From a virus (Duplodnaviria; Caudoviricetes), in the IMG/VR virus record IMGVR_UViG_3300035208_002115: DNA of 64,000 nucleotides, one strand, 5' to 3'. Positions 31,335 to 41,001 of the stretch are shown here, one piece after another. The position numbers were made by a program, and so were the translations under genes. Below the pieces are notes generated by a model. It did not search any database and had not been told where the DNA came from. It saw only the letters and a program-made list of their open reading frames with translations. Positions within the stretch are counted from its first letter, which is position 1. Every line of letters starts with the position of its first letter.

Positions 31335-33536
31335 ATGTTTACAACAAAAACAAAAAAAGATGATAGTAGTTTAGTATTTTCAACTGAAAAAGTTAATGAA
31401 ATTTTAAGAAAAGAAGATTTAGGACTAAAAAGAACCAGAGATGAACACATTTGGTTAAATAATATACATGGGGTTAGAAAAGCCAATTTAAAATTCGGAT
31501 ACACCCAAGAAGAAATACAGGAATACGCAAAATGTAAATTAAACGTGCAATATTTTGCTGAAAAATATTGTATGGTAAAAAGAGAAGATGGTAGTATTGG
31601 TAATATTACATTAAGAGATTATCAAAAGGATATTATCAATTTATATGATAAAAGTAAATACTCAATATTAATGGCCAGTAGGCAAACGGGTAAAACTATT
31701 TCTTCGTCAATATTTATTCTTCATTTTTGTTTATTTAATTCAGATAAAAACGTAATGATTGTGGCCAATAAAGGTCAAACCGTAGAAGAAATTGTCTCTA
31801 AAATAAAATCAATTTATACACATTTACCATTCTTCTTAAAGTGTGGTGTAATTAGCTGGAATCAAAAGTCATTAACATTCGAAAATGGTTGTAGAATAAA
31901 ATCGGAAAAAAGAACTAAAGAACCTGCTATCGGTTTCACCATCGATTTATTATATCTGGATGAATTCGCTAAAATACCAAATAATATCATTAGACCATAT
32001 TATACATCAGTTGTCCCAACTGTTTCTGCTATTAAAAATTCAAAAATTATTGTGACATCTACACCAGATGGTTTTAATTTATTCTGGGAATTACTTAGAG
32101 ATGGTGAAAAAGACCACGATGATGCAGATTGGAATCAATTCAATGCTATGCGAGTTTATTGGTGGCAAATAGAAGGCCGTAGAAATACTAAATTATATTT
32201 CTTAAAGAATAAATTAGAGAAACATGGTTTAAATAAGGAAACTGTTTTAGAATTTTTAGAAACTAAATATGGTTATGAAATAAAAGAAGATTTCGAAGAA
32301 GGTGATAAAGTATATTATCATATAAAACATGATGGTGATATTGAGAATACCGAAATAGACTTTATAAGAAGTATAAGAATAAATGAAAGTGTACCACTGG
32401 TAGAAGTTTGTACTATAACTAATTGGAAAGAACAGCAAACTAAGTTAATTGGTGGGGATGAAGCATTTAAACAGGAATATGACATTCAATTTCTGGCTGG
32501 CAATAAATTATTAATTGATAATGTTATGCTGGAAAAAATGAAAAGAGATGAAACAAATTTTGAATATGTCGATTTTGAAAAGTTATCAAAAAAATTCGTT
32601 TTACCCTACACCGAATTGAAATTTATAAAAGACAGACCAGACTTGTTTGATATTAAAAAAATAAAAGATTATTATATCTTATATGGAATAGATTTGGGTG
32701 AGGGGTTATCCCAAGATTATAGTATTATAAATATATTTAGATTAATACCGAAAACAATAGAAAACATTGAAAAACATAAACATAAGTTCGCTGATATATA
32801 TGATTACTTTAAGATTGAACAGATTGGAATGTTTAGAAATAATATTTACTCATTAAACGAAGTGGCACATTTGTTTTATCTAATTGCTTTTGAATTATTC
32901 GATTCAGAAAAATCCAAGGCCGTTCTTGAATATAATACATATGGTGGTGAATTTTTAGCTCATCTTCCAAATGTATTTAACCAGATGAATAACTATTCAA
33001 ACGGTGTATTCATAAGATTTAAACATAAAAAAGAAGATAAAGCACCAAAGGTTGGATTAAAAGTTACTGGTGGTAATGATGGTAAAAAAATATTAGTTAA
33101 AGAATTTCAAAATACTATAAAAAAAGGTAATTTAATATTACATAATACTATTTGCATAAATGAATTATCTGTTTTTACGAAAAAAGAAACCCCAAGCGGT
33201 GATATTACATACAAATCTGAATCGGGTCATGACGATACTGTCATGAGCGAAGTTAACTTGGCTAATGGATTAAAAACAACAGCTTATAAGAACTTAGTTG
33301 ATTCTGTTATACAGTTTGAATTATCATCAGATATGAGGTTATTGATAGAAAAATATATTAATTCAAACTCCGAATTAACATCAAACCCGAATTTAGATTC
33401 GTTTGGTGCTGGATATAGAAAAATTTATAATAATTCAAACCCAATGTATAAAAAACCAAATATACCAAGAAAAAATTTATTTTTAAATAAAAATAGTAAC
33501 GGAAATCCATTTTATAAAAAAAATTCATTCAACTAA
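31335..33536 (+). CDS. terL: Terminase large subunit (T4 gp17-like)
   Basis: LRDYQ, Walker A ASRQTGKT, Walker B LYLDEFA, STPDG, nuclease GIDLGEG..DYS and HDDTVM; late motif at 31304-31312. Confidence 0.95.
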   Translation: MFTTKTKKDDSSLVFSTEKVNEILRKEDLGLKRTRDEHIWLNNIHGVRKANLKFGYTQEEIQEYAKCKLNVQYFAEKYCMVKREDGSIGNITLRDYQKDIINLYDKSKYSILMASRQTGKTISSSIFILHFCLFNSDKNVMIVANKGQTVEEIVSKIKSIYTHLPFFLKCGVISWNQKSLTFENGCRIKSEKRTKEPAIGFTIDLLYLDEFAKIPNNIIRPYYTSVVPTVSAIKNSKIIVTSTPDGFNLFWELLRDGEKDHDDADWNQFNAMRVYWWQIEGRRNTKLYFLKNKLEKHGLNKETVLEFLETKYGYEIKEDFEEGDKVYYHIKHDGDIENTEIDFIRSIRINESVPLVEVCTITNWKEQQTKLIGGDEAFKQEYDIQFLAGNKLLIDNVMLEKMKRDETNFEYVDFEKLSKKFVLPYTELKFIKDRPDLFDIKKIKDYYILYGIDLGEGLSQDYSIINIFRLIPKTIENIEKHKHKFADIYDYFKIEQIGMFRNNIYSLNEVAHLFYLIAFELFDSEKSKAVLEYNTYGGEFLAHLPNVFNQMNNYSNGVFIRFKHKKEDKAPKVGLKVTGGNDGKKILVKEFQNTIKKGNLILHNTICINELSVFTKKETPSGDITYKSESGHDDTVMSEVNLANGLKTTAYKNLVDSVIQFELSSDMRLLIEKYINSNSELTSNPNLDSFGAGYRKIYNNSNPMYKKPNIPRKNLFLNKNSNGNPFYKKNSFN

Positions 33537-33583
33537 AAACTTTTTGTTATTTCTGGAATATACACTTTAAAAGGAATATTTTT

Positions 33584-34435
33584 ATGGCAAAGAGAGAAAC
33601 AAAAAAGTTAGAGTTCGTTGTAACCATCGATAAGTTAGAATTATTAATTAGTAAACTTACTGATTTATCAGCTATTGACGACTTCGTAGTTATGAAACTA
33701 AATAATGAAGATACTATATTATACTCTGCTGCTTATACTGGGAGTAATAATGGTAGTAGAACAAAAGAAAATATTTTAGCTTTTAAAAATTTTATATTTA
33801 AAACTGAAGATGTTTTCACTATCAATACTAAAATTGATAATGAAATAAATTTCATAATAAGAGAGACTAAAAAAACCATAAAGAATATTAGAAACTTTTT
33901 GGATTTAGGGATAGACGAATTAATCAAATGTAGACTTTCATATGATGAATTAAACGGGTTTCAATTTGGTGATTCTTTGATGTTTAAGAATAGTAAACTG
34001 AAACTCGATTTCCCGGGTGGTTCACCCATCGACTCCGATATAAACATATCCAAAGACCTCATCGAAAAAGCTGCGACAAAAAGTCCCATTGAAGTCAAAT
34101 TCATCTTAACCAAAGATGATTATGATAAGGCCAAGAAAATGTCATACATCGAAAAAGATAATGAAATAATTTACTTCACCATTTTTGAAAATGAATTAAG
34201 AGTTGGTGAAAATCGGTGGTCACTTAAACTTCAAGATTATCAATACGTTGATGAAATAAAAGATGTGAATGATGCGATTATAGACACTAAGAATCTCGAA
34301 TTAAGTGCCTCTATTCATAAAAAATATTTCAAAACAATCACATGTGGTGATGAGGGTATAAATGTTGACATCTATGCCACTCACCTTTTACTTAACAACA
34401 ACGAATCAACATTATTAATATCAAGGCAAATGTAA
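33584..34435 (+). CDS. Hypothetical protein, possibly sliding-clamp-like
   Basis: Size and alternating helix/strand pattern only. Confidence 0.35.
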   Translation: MAKRETKKLEFVVTIDKLELLISKLTDLSAIDDFVVMKLNNEDTILYSAAYTGSNNGSRTKENILAFKNFIFKTEDVFTINTKIDNEINFIIRETKKTIKNIRNFLDLGIDELIKCRLSYDELNGFQFGDSLMFKNSKLKLDFPGGSPIDSDINISKDLIEKAATKSPIEVKFILTKDDYDKAKKMSYIEKDNEIIYFTIFENELRVGENRWSLKLQDYQYVDEIKDVNDAIIDTKNLELSASIHKKYFKTITCGDEGINVDIYATHLLLNNNESTLLISRQM

Positions 34436-34451
34436 AAATTATTATTTTAAA

Positions 34452-35636
34452 GTGAAAGAAAGAAAACCAAAAGGTTATTGGACGTTTGAAAGATGTAAAG
34501 AAGAAGCACTTAAATATAATAAAAAAATAAATTTTAGAATAAATAATTGTGGATGTTATACTTACGCTTATCGTAGAGGGTGGTTAGATGATATTTGTCT
34601 ACATATGATTAAAAATACTTATTGGAATTATGAAAAATGTAAAGAAGAAGCTTTAAAATTTAAAACCAGAGCTGAATTTAGTAAGAAATCAGGTGGTGCT
34701 TATAATATGACATTTAAAATGAAATGGTTAGATGAAGTATGTTCTCATATGACTATTGAACATTTACCAAAAGGTTATTGGACTTACGATAAATGTAAAG
34801 TAGAAGCATTAAAATATAAAACCAAAAAAGAATTTGAAGAATATAATGCTTCAGCACTCACTATCGCAAGACGTAATGGTTGGTTAAAAGAGATTTGTGA
34901 ACATATGGTTAGTGTTGGAAATAAATATAAAAGGTGTATTTATTCTTATGAATTTTCAGATAATTATGTATATGTAGGTTTAACATATAATTTAACTGAA
35001 CGACACAATAATAGATTTTCTAAAAAAATAGATATTGTATATAAACATTATAATAAAACAGGTATTAATCCGATATTAAAACAATTAACAGAATACATAA
35101 CTGTGAAAGAAGCACGAGTATTAGAAGGTGTTTTTGTTGAGAAATATAAGTCAGATGGTTGGAACATTTTAAATATATATGATACTGGAGGAATTGGTGG
35201 TAATATTTTACACTGGTCTAAAGAAAAATGTATAGAAGCTATATTAAAATGTTCATCGAGAACTGAATTTAAAAATAAATATAGAGGCGCACAAAATTCC
35301 GCTTTTAAAAATAAATGGTATAAAGAGATAATTGAATTAATACCAAAAAATAAAAATATAAAATATACTAAAACAATTTGTTTAGAAAAAGCCATATTAT
35401 GTAATACTCGACAAGAATTTAAAAAACGATTTATCCACGAATTTAGCGTATCATATACAAATAAATGGTTAGATGATATATGTATACATATGGTAAGTGG
35501 TAGATTAAAATGGACTTACGATAAATGTAAAGAAGTATCATTATTATGTAAAAATAAACATGAATTAGAATTAAAATATAAAGGTGCGTATTGTTCAGCC
35601 CTCAGAAACAATTGGATAAATGAATTTTTTAAATGA
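34452..35636 (+). CDS. GIY-YIG-like homing endonuclease with tandem W-x-x-E/D-K-C repeats
   Basis: CIYSYEFSDNYVYVGLT...R...E; about six YWTYDKCKEEALKY...EF...WL repeats. Confidence 0.75.
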   Translation: MKERKPKGYWTFERCKEEALKYNKKINFRINNCGCYTYAYRRGWLDDICLHMIKNTYWNYEKCKEEALKFKTRAEFSKKSGGAYNMTFKMKWLDEVCSHMTIEHLPKGYWTYDKCKVEALKYKTKKEFEEYNASALTIARRNGWLKEICEHMVSVGNKYKRCIYSYEFSDNYVYVGLTYNLTERHNNRFSKKIDIVYKHYNKTGINPILKQLTEYITVKEARVLEGVFVEKYKSDGWNILNIYDTGGIGGNILHWSKEKCIEAILKCSSRTEFKNKYRGAQNSAFKNKWYKEIIELIPKNKNIKYTKTICLEKAILCNTRQEFKKRFIHEFSVSYTNKWLDDICIHMVSGRLKWTYDKCKEVSLLCKNKHELELKYKGAYCSALRNNWINEFFK

Positions 35637-35642
35637 AAATAT

Positions 35643-36080
35643 ATGGATAAATGGAATTTTAGATTTATGGAACTTGCTAAAAATGTGAGTGGATGGTCAA
35701 AGGATAAAAGAACCAAAGTTGGTGCAGTTATAGTTTCTGGTAGAAATCCCATATCTTTGGGTTTTAATGGGTTTCCTGTTAGATGTGACGATAATATAGA
35801 AGAACGATACGACCCAAAAAATAAGTACTTCTGGACTCTCCATGCTGAATCCAATGCTTTAATCCAAGCTTGCAAGAATGGTCAAAAAACAGACGGATGT
35901 GATATATACGTTAATCTATTCCCCTGTGCTAATTGTGCAGGTTTGATTGTAAATGCTGGAATAAAAAGAGTATTTTGTGAAAAAGAACCAGATTTTAATC
36001 ACGAAAGATGGGGAGAAAGTTGGAAGATAGCGCACACTATTTTTACCGAAGCTAAAGTAGAAATCATTTATTTAGATTAA
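35643..36080 (+). CDS. dCMP deaminase
   Basis: KVGAVI, GFNGFP, HAESNA, PCANC. Confidence 0.93.
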   Translation: MDKWNFRFMELAKNVSGWSKDKRTKVGAVIVSGRNPISLGFNGFPVRCDDNIEERYDPKNKYFWTLHAESNALIQACKNGQKTDGCDIYVNLFPCANCAGLIVNAGIKRVFCEKEPDFNHERWGESWKIAHTIFTEAKVEIIYLD

Positions 36081-36146
36081 AATATATAACTTTACAAAAA
36101 TAAAAATCATTTATTTAGATTAAAATATATAACTTTACAAAAATAA
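36061..36146 (+). repeat. Perfect 43-bp tandem duplication covering the deaminase stop and downstream region
   Basis: AAATCATTTATTTAGATTAAAATATATAACTTTACAAAAATAA x2. Confidence 0.9.
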
Positions 36147-36158
36147 AAATATAAAATT

Positions 36159-36425
36159 ATGACTTCTAAAGAACATCCAGAAATATTCATATGTGAATGC
36201 CATTCAACAGAACATCAATTAGTATTTAGACATGACCCAGATGACGAATATCATGAGTTATTTATTGATGTTCATCTAAGAACATATAAAAATGTTTTTA
36301 AAAGAATATGGGTATCTTTAAAATATATTTTTGGTTATAAATGTCGTTATGGTCACTGGGACGAATTCATATTCAATAAAGATGATGCTCAACGGTTAAT
36401 TGGTATTTTAAATAAATTGAAATAA
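36159..36425 (+). CDS. Hypothetical phage protein (CECH motif)
   Basis: ORF in operon. Confidence 0.65.
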   Translation: MTSKEHPEIFICECHSTEHQLVFRHDPDDEYHELFIDVHLRTYKNVFKRIWVSLKYIFGYKCRYGHWDEFIFNKDDAQRLIGILNKLK

Positions 36426-36631
36426 TGTACATCTCATTAATATCAATTGGTGTGTGGCTTTTCCTTGGAGTATCGGCTTTATTGATAAATTATAAATATT
36501 ATTCCAAAAGATTTCCACCAAGAACAGATTGTATAAATGTTATATTATTCGGACTTATAACTTTAATAGTAGTACTGGGAGTTATTTATGAATATAAGAT
36601 AAGGTATAAAAAACAAAACAATGAATATTAA
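36425..36631 (+). CDS. Small two-TM membrane protein
   Basis: Two hydrophobic helices. Confidence 0.55.
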   Translation: MYISLISIGVWLFLGVSALLINYKYYSKRFPPRTDCINVILFGLITLIVVLGVIYEYKIRYKKQNNEY

Positions 36632-36836
36632 ACAGGAACTTAATCAAAAGGATATTTCCCTTCCATCTCAAAAAATAGTTAGACGAGGATTTATTCAAGC
36701 AATGAACGGAAATGAACTATGGGTAAATACTGAAACAGATGAAATGGTAAAGTTTATCGTACATGATGAAAGTCTTTTAATGAAATTATACTGTACTCAC
36801 GTTAGAATAATTATCGAATCATTAGATGATGAATGA
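36621..36836 (+). CDS. Hypothetical protein
   Basis: ORF in operon. Confidence 0.55.
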   Translation: MNIKQELNQKDISLPSQKIVRRGFIQAMNGNELWVNTETDEMVKFIVHDESLLMKLYCTHVRIIIESLDDE

Positions 36837-36981
36837 ATCTAAATATAAAATAGTCGTTTGGTTAGATGAAAATTATACTAAATCAGAAGATTTTGAATGT
36901 TCAATTATATTAACAAAAGAACAAATTACAGAAGAAGTTAATAAAAAATATCCATTGTGGTATTATTATGATATATGGTAA
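36826..36981 (+). CDS. Small hypothetical protein (51 aa), not in the ORF track
   Basis: MMNESKYKIVVW...YDIW fills the operon gap. Confidence 0.5.
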   Translation: MMNESKYKIVVWLDENYTKSEDFECSIILTKEQITEEVNKKYPLWYYYDIW

Positions 36982-36996
36982 AAATAAAATAATATT

Positions 36997-37188
36997 ATGC
37001 CAAGGTTAATAGAAATTCTTAAAGATTGTGAAAAAATAGTTGTTCACAATGATTGTGGAGCAAAAATTGGTTATTACCAAACCGAAGTTAGAAGTTATGT
37101 GGCACACGATTACGGTGGTGGGAGTGAAACAATTTATTTTATAATTTGTCCCAATTGTGGAAAACAAGTAGAAGTGAAGGGTTATTAA
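36997..37188 (+). CDS. Zn-ribbon small protein
   Basis: HNDC...CPNCG. Confidence 0.6.
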   Translation: MPRLIEILKDCEKIVVHNDCGAKIGYYQTEVRSYVAHDYGGGSETIYFIICPNCGKQVEVKGY

Positions 37189-37207
37189 AAATGAAAATAT
37201 AAAATAT

Positions 37208-37381
37208 ATGATAAAACATATTACAATTATAATGAATGATGAGAATGTATATTATTTCGATGATTGCTTTTCCAATTATAATGAATCACACTATTCTGTA
37301 ATAATAAATGTAGATGGTAAAACAAAACAAATCGAACGATTCCCATTCATACAAATATATCACATTGTAGAAGAATTTTGA
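37208..37381 (+). CDS. Small hypothetical protein (57 aa), not in the ORF track
   Basis: MIKHITII...IVEEF fills the gap. Confidence 0.45.
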   Translation: MIKHITIIMNDENVYYFDDCFSNYNESHYSVIINVDGKTKQIERFPFIQIYHIVEEF

Positions 37382-37704
37382 TATACTATATCAACAATCT
37401 TTATACAATCAGCCAGATATACATTATGTGGAGAATGTTCTTTCCTTCTTAAAAATTTAGCATGACAGGTAATAATCCCCTTAGTTTTTTTATTCTTAAA
37501 TTTCTGGAGATATTTAATACATTCATCATAGGATAACATAATATGCAATCCAGATAAATAACTTGTTCCATCACCATCATTAACAAATTTCTTGTCAGCA
37601 GCTATCCACACATCTTTTTTCAATACCCTTGAATGATTAATACCATGAAATAAAGTCTTTATCTGGTCATTCTCGATTTCAACTATTTTATAATAAATTT
37701 CCAT
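37360..37704 (-). CDS. Hypothetical phage protein
   Basis: ORF in operon. Confidence 0.65.
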   Translation of the reverse strand: MEIYYKIVEIENDQIKTLFHGINHSRVLKKDVWIAADKKFVNDGDGTSYLSGLHIMLSYDECIKYLQKFKNKKTKGIITCHAKFLRRKEHSPHNVYLADCIKIVDIVYQNSSTM

Positions 37705-37707
37705 TAT

Positions 37708-38868
37708 TTATTTTTTATAGTGTGCTTTTATTTTCCGAATCTTTTCTTCAATTGGGAACTGTGAACTTATTATAGAAGCTAAAACTTCATCTTCAGTAAC
37801 AGGTTGCACATTATTAATTTCCACTTTGTTTATATCATGGGCTGGAATATCCTTAATTTTATTTTGAAATTCCAGTTTTTTAGCTACCATTTCTTCGTTT
37901 TTATTATTTATTGTAGTCATAATCCTCTCATAATTATTTTCATTAATAAGAGGGAAAATGTTAAACGGATTTTTGTGAAATTCTCTCTTTTGATTCTCAT
38001 TGGTGCATAGAATAACACCATCTTTTGTGTTACCGTCCTCACAAACAAATAAAACTTTACTATCTTCACCTTCCCCCTCAAAAACATAACAAGCATCACC
38101 AGCTTTATAAAATTCTGGGTTTGTTATCAATTTTAATTCATCGTTTAATTTCTGAATATTTTTATACCAGTTATAATAGTTTTCTTTTTTATCAAAAAGA
38201 CAATTGGCAAGATTGGCAGCATTTTTAATACCTTCAATATCACCATCTTTAATAGATATGATAGAGTTTATAAAGTTCAACATTTTTAGTTTTTCTGGAA
38301 AATAACCATCGAGATTAAATTTTTTAACAATTTCAAATGATTCGATTATGATAGAAGAAAATTCAGTTAATTTTCCTAAAAATTTGTCAATTTTCTCTAT
38401 TTCCATATTAGATATATCCATTTCATATTCTTCTTTTGAAAGTTTTTGAGTTTTATTGAAATTTATTTCGTATATCCGAATAAATTTACCATTTGAACCA
38501 CAAACCTTTATATTAAATCCCCCGTAAACGCCAAATGATTCTATAACACCCACGAATGATTCAAATTTGATATAATCGTTAATATTTATATCTAATTTAT
38601 TATCATACACAATTATAAAAGAAAATTCTGGTACAACTATTTCATCAAGCGAATTATGAGGCTCTGTTATTATATTATTAACAATAAATTTTTTTCTATC
38701 GGATGATATACCAGTTATTCTGTAAATCAACGATTCCTCACCCCAACAACAAGATGGTAAATGAGAATTTTTATGAAATTTACTTCCATGAAAAAAATTA
38801 TCTTGGAGCATAATAAAATCTCCAACTTTTGCTTTTTCAGTGCTTTCCCTGATTCCGAATGGTTTCAT
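37708..38868 (-). CDS. Hypothetical protein
   Basis: 386 aa ORF. Confidence 0.7.
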   Translation of the reverse strand: MKPFGIRESTEKAKVGDFIMLQDNFFHGSKFHKNSHLPSCCWGEESLIYRITGISSDRKKFIVNNIITEPHNSLDEIVVPEFSFIIVYDNKLDININDYIKFESFVGVIESFGVYGGFNIKVCGSNGKFIRIYEINFNKTQKLSKEEYEMDISNMEIEKIDKFLGKLTEFSSIIIESFEIVKKFNLDGYFPEKLKMLNFINSIISIKDGDIEGIKNAANLANCLFDKKENYYNWYKNIQKLNDELKLITNPEFYKAGDACYVFEGEGEDSKVLFVCEDGNTKDGVILCTNENQKREFHKNPFNIFPLINENNYERIMTTINNKNEEMVAKKLEFQNKIKDIPAHDINKVEINNVQPVTEDEVLASIISSQFPIEEKIRKIKAHYKK

Positions 38869-38870
38869 AA

Positions 38871-39152
38871 TTATAATAATTTTAGTTTTTTAATTTTATA
38901 TTTTCGTTTTTCTATAACAGACATCTCCGAATATAATTTTTCTTTTTTATTTAACCATGCTTTAAATTTCTTACTAAACATTTCTGATATGTAAAGAGTA
39001 AACCATATAAATAAAAAGAAAACATATGGTACAATACTTTCAATTTCTCCAATATCAGATTTAAACCAAGCTAAAATATAACCAGAAATTATACCTATAA
39101 TACTTATAAAGTATATAATAAACCTTCTTTTATATCTTATATTATTTAACAT
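38871..39152 (-). CDS. Two-TM membrane protein with C-terminal RKYKIKKL tag
   Basis: TM helices, shared motif. Confidence 0.6.
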   Translation of the reverse strand: MLNNIRYKRRFIIYFISIIGIISGYILAWFKSDIGEIESIVPYVFFLFIWFTLYISEMFSKKFKAWLNKKEKLYSEMSVIEKRKYKIKKLKLL

Positions 39153-39703
39153 TTTTTTTCTTCTACATATTTCTTTATCCGTTCATGTCTTATCATCCAA
39201 TCTGGTTTTAAATCCTCTGGAATCTGTGTAGAATGTTCTTCACAATACCAATCCTTATTTATATCATGTGTAAAACATGTGGGAATATTACAAATCTTAC
39301 AATTGTGAGCAGGTGGGAACACATTACTCTTAAACATACCACAATGCTTACATATACCACCACCATTATCATATCCACGCCTTTCGAACTCATGTTCTTG
39401 GCAATTTTTATATTTTTGAAACTGATTCCAAGCTGATTGTTCAGCTTCCTCAACCGATTTACCTTCACCCCTTATAAATGTTGAAGGTTCTTTCGGGAAT
39501 GCTTCAAAAAAAGCTGTAATATACGATTTCTTATCACTGGCAGCTTCACTCAATGCTTCAAGTGGATTTTCAGCATCAAAAACTTCTTGTAAAGAACCTT
39601 TACCAAGAACAATACCCGATTCTCCACATTGTACAAAACAATCTTCGTCCCAATCACATTTACATACATAATCTTCACCAAAACTTTTTCGAGCAGTTTT
39701 CAT
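39146..39703 (-). CDS. Cys-rich hypothetical phage protein
   Basis: FFEAFP...FIRGEG; CKHC and CKIC motifs. Confidence 0.7.
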   Translation of the reverse strand: MKTARKSFGEDYVCKCDWDEDCFVQCGESGIVLGKGSLQEVFDAENPLEALSEAASDKKSYITAFFEAFPKEPSTFIRGEGKSVEEAEQSAWNQFQKYKNCQEHEFERRGYDNGGGICKHCGMFKSNVFPPAHNCKICNIPTCFTHDINKDWYCEEHSTQIPEDLKPDWMIRHERIKKYVEEKKC

Positions 39704-40041
39704 AATCCAAATATTTCTTCAATTTTAAGTTTGCGTATGATATTCTTACTCTGATTTTCTTCTGAAATAGTTAAATCATTTGCAATAGCATAGGAACATA
39801 TTAAATCTTCAGCGAATTTAAAACTATCAACGTAAAAAATTGTATTATCTATACTCAAAATACATCGGTTTACATCTAATCTAACTTTTGTCCAGTTGTT
39901 TTTAAAGTTGATAGTATAATCAACATCATAGTGTGAATATGGGTTTGAGTATATAATTTCCCAATAAAGATTATGACCTTCCACTTTGTCTTTATCTTTA
40001 TTCATTAATATTTTATCGATAAATCTACTCATCTTCATCAA
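39700..40041 (-). CDS. Hypothetical protein with C-terminal RKLKIEEIF tag
   Basis: ORF, shared motif. Confidence 0.65.
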   Translation of the reverse strand: MMKMSRFIDKILMNKDKDKVEGHNLYWEIIYSNPYSHYDVDYTINFKNNWTKVRLDVNRCILSIDNTIFYVDSFKFAEDLICSYAIANDLTISEENQSKNIIRKLKIEEIFGL

Positions 40042-40369
40042 GATTTTCAGACATCATATCATCAATTTTTTCTTTTCTAACATCATTTATATGTTTGAAA
40101 AGAGGTGGAATTTCAGAACCATTAGCGTATATGAAAGCTTTTATTATTTTTTCGGCTTTTACTATATCTGTAAAGTGAAATTTTAATTCTCCTATTTGGA
40201 ATGTATTGGAATTTGGATAGTAAGTAAAATGTACACTATGACTATCAATATCATCTAACCAAATCATATAAGCTTCAGGTAATAACTGTGAATAATAAAT
40301 TGGTTCTACTAACCAATTAAAATATTTACCTTGGTATAAAGTTCTACCATTTTTGGATTTAATCATCAT
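40025..40369 (-). CDS. Hypothetical protein with C-terminal RKEKIDDM tag
   Basis: ORF, shared motif; resembles its neighbour 39700-40041. Confidence 0.65.
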   Translation of the reverse strand: MMIKSKNGRTLYQGKYFNWLVEPIYYSQLLPEAYMIWLDDIDSHSVHFTYYPNSNTFQIGELKFHFTDIVKAEKIIKAFIYANGSEIPPLFKHINDVRKEKIDDMMSENLDEDE

Positions 40370-40385
40370 TTTTATAAAAAATTAG

Positions 40386-40458
40386 CGAGCCAGACAGGAC
40401 TCGAACCTGCGACCAATGAATTTAAAGTCCATTGCTCTACCAACTGAGCTACTGGTTC
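40386..40458 (-). tRNA. tRNA with anticodon UUA (ochre suppressor), Lys-like body, no encoded CCA
   Basis: Cloverleaf: acceptor GAACCAG/CTGGCTC+G; D arm GCTC-AGTTGGTA-GAGC; anticodon arm ATGGA-CTTTAAA-TTCAT; T arm GCAGG-TTCGAGT-CCTGT; anticodon at 40423-40425. Confidence 0.9.
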
Positions 40459-40467
40459 ATAATTGAA

Positions 40468-40475
40468 CAAAAATA
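40468..40475 (-). promoter_or_regulatory. Bacteroidetes-type promoter TATTTTTG upstream of the tRNA
   Basis: TAnnTTTG about 10 nt upstream of the tRNA 5' end. Confidence 0.55.
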
Positions 40476-40502
40476 AATAAAAGATTAAATATAAAAAAAT
40501 AA

Positions 40503-40991
40503 TTAAGAATTTATTTGAAAAATTTTATTGTTAATTATAGAAGCAGATTCGTAATCTTCTTCTCTTATGGCCTCTTGAAGACCTTCATTTAGCATATTAA
40601 TAAAAATATTTTTGACTAAAATATTATTTTTGTAGGTCGTATCCAACATATCATAATATAATTTATTATACAATTCAAATGAATCTGAAATTTCTTTTTC
40701 TCCAACATTCGTATCTTCAATATCTTCTATGAATTCATCATACTCATCATCTATATTATCCAATAAACTTGAAGCTATTATAATACATTGTTCTAAAGAT
40801 ATTTTATTATCAATATCAACACTTTTCATTCTAAGGGTTTCGATATTCAATTCATCTTCTGATAAAGGATAATTAAGTTCTTCATTATAACCAAACCTAT
40901 ATGTTAACAATAGTGTTAAAAGTTTAAAATAAATTATTTCAGTGTGTACTGAAATGTAGTTTTCAACATATATAGAATCAATTTGACTCAT
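40503..40991 (-). CDS. Acidic protein with C-terminal UVR (UvrB/UvrC) motif
   Basis: LQEAIREEDYESASIINNKI. Confidence 0.65.
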   Translation of the reverse strand: MSQIDSIYVENYISVHTEIIYFKLLTLLLTYRFGYNEELNYPLSEDELNIETLRMKSVDIDNKISLEQCIIIASSLLDNIDDEYDEFIEDIEDTNVGEKEISDSFELYNKLYYDMLDTTYKNNILVKNIFINMLNEGLQEAIREEDYESASIINNKIFQINS

Positions 40992-41001
40992 ACATTAAAA
41001 A

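Noticed and set aside
32181-32420. Intein in terminase
   Set aside because: No N-terminal Cys/Ser block, C-terminal His-Asn or endonuclease motifs.
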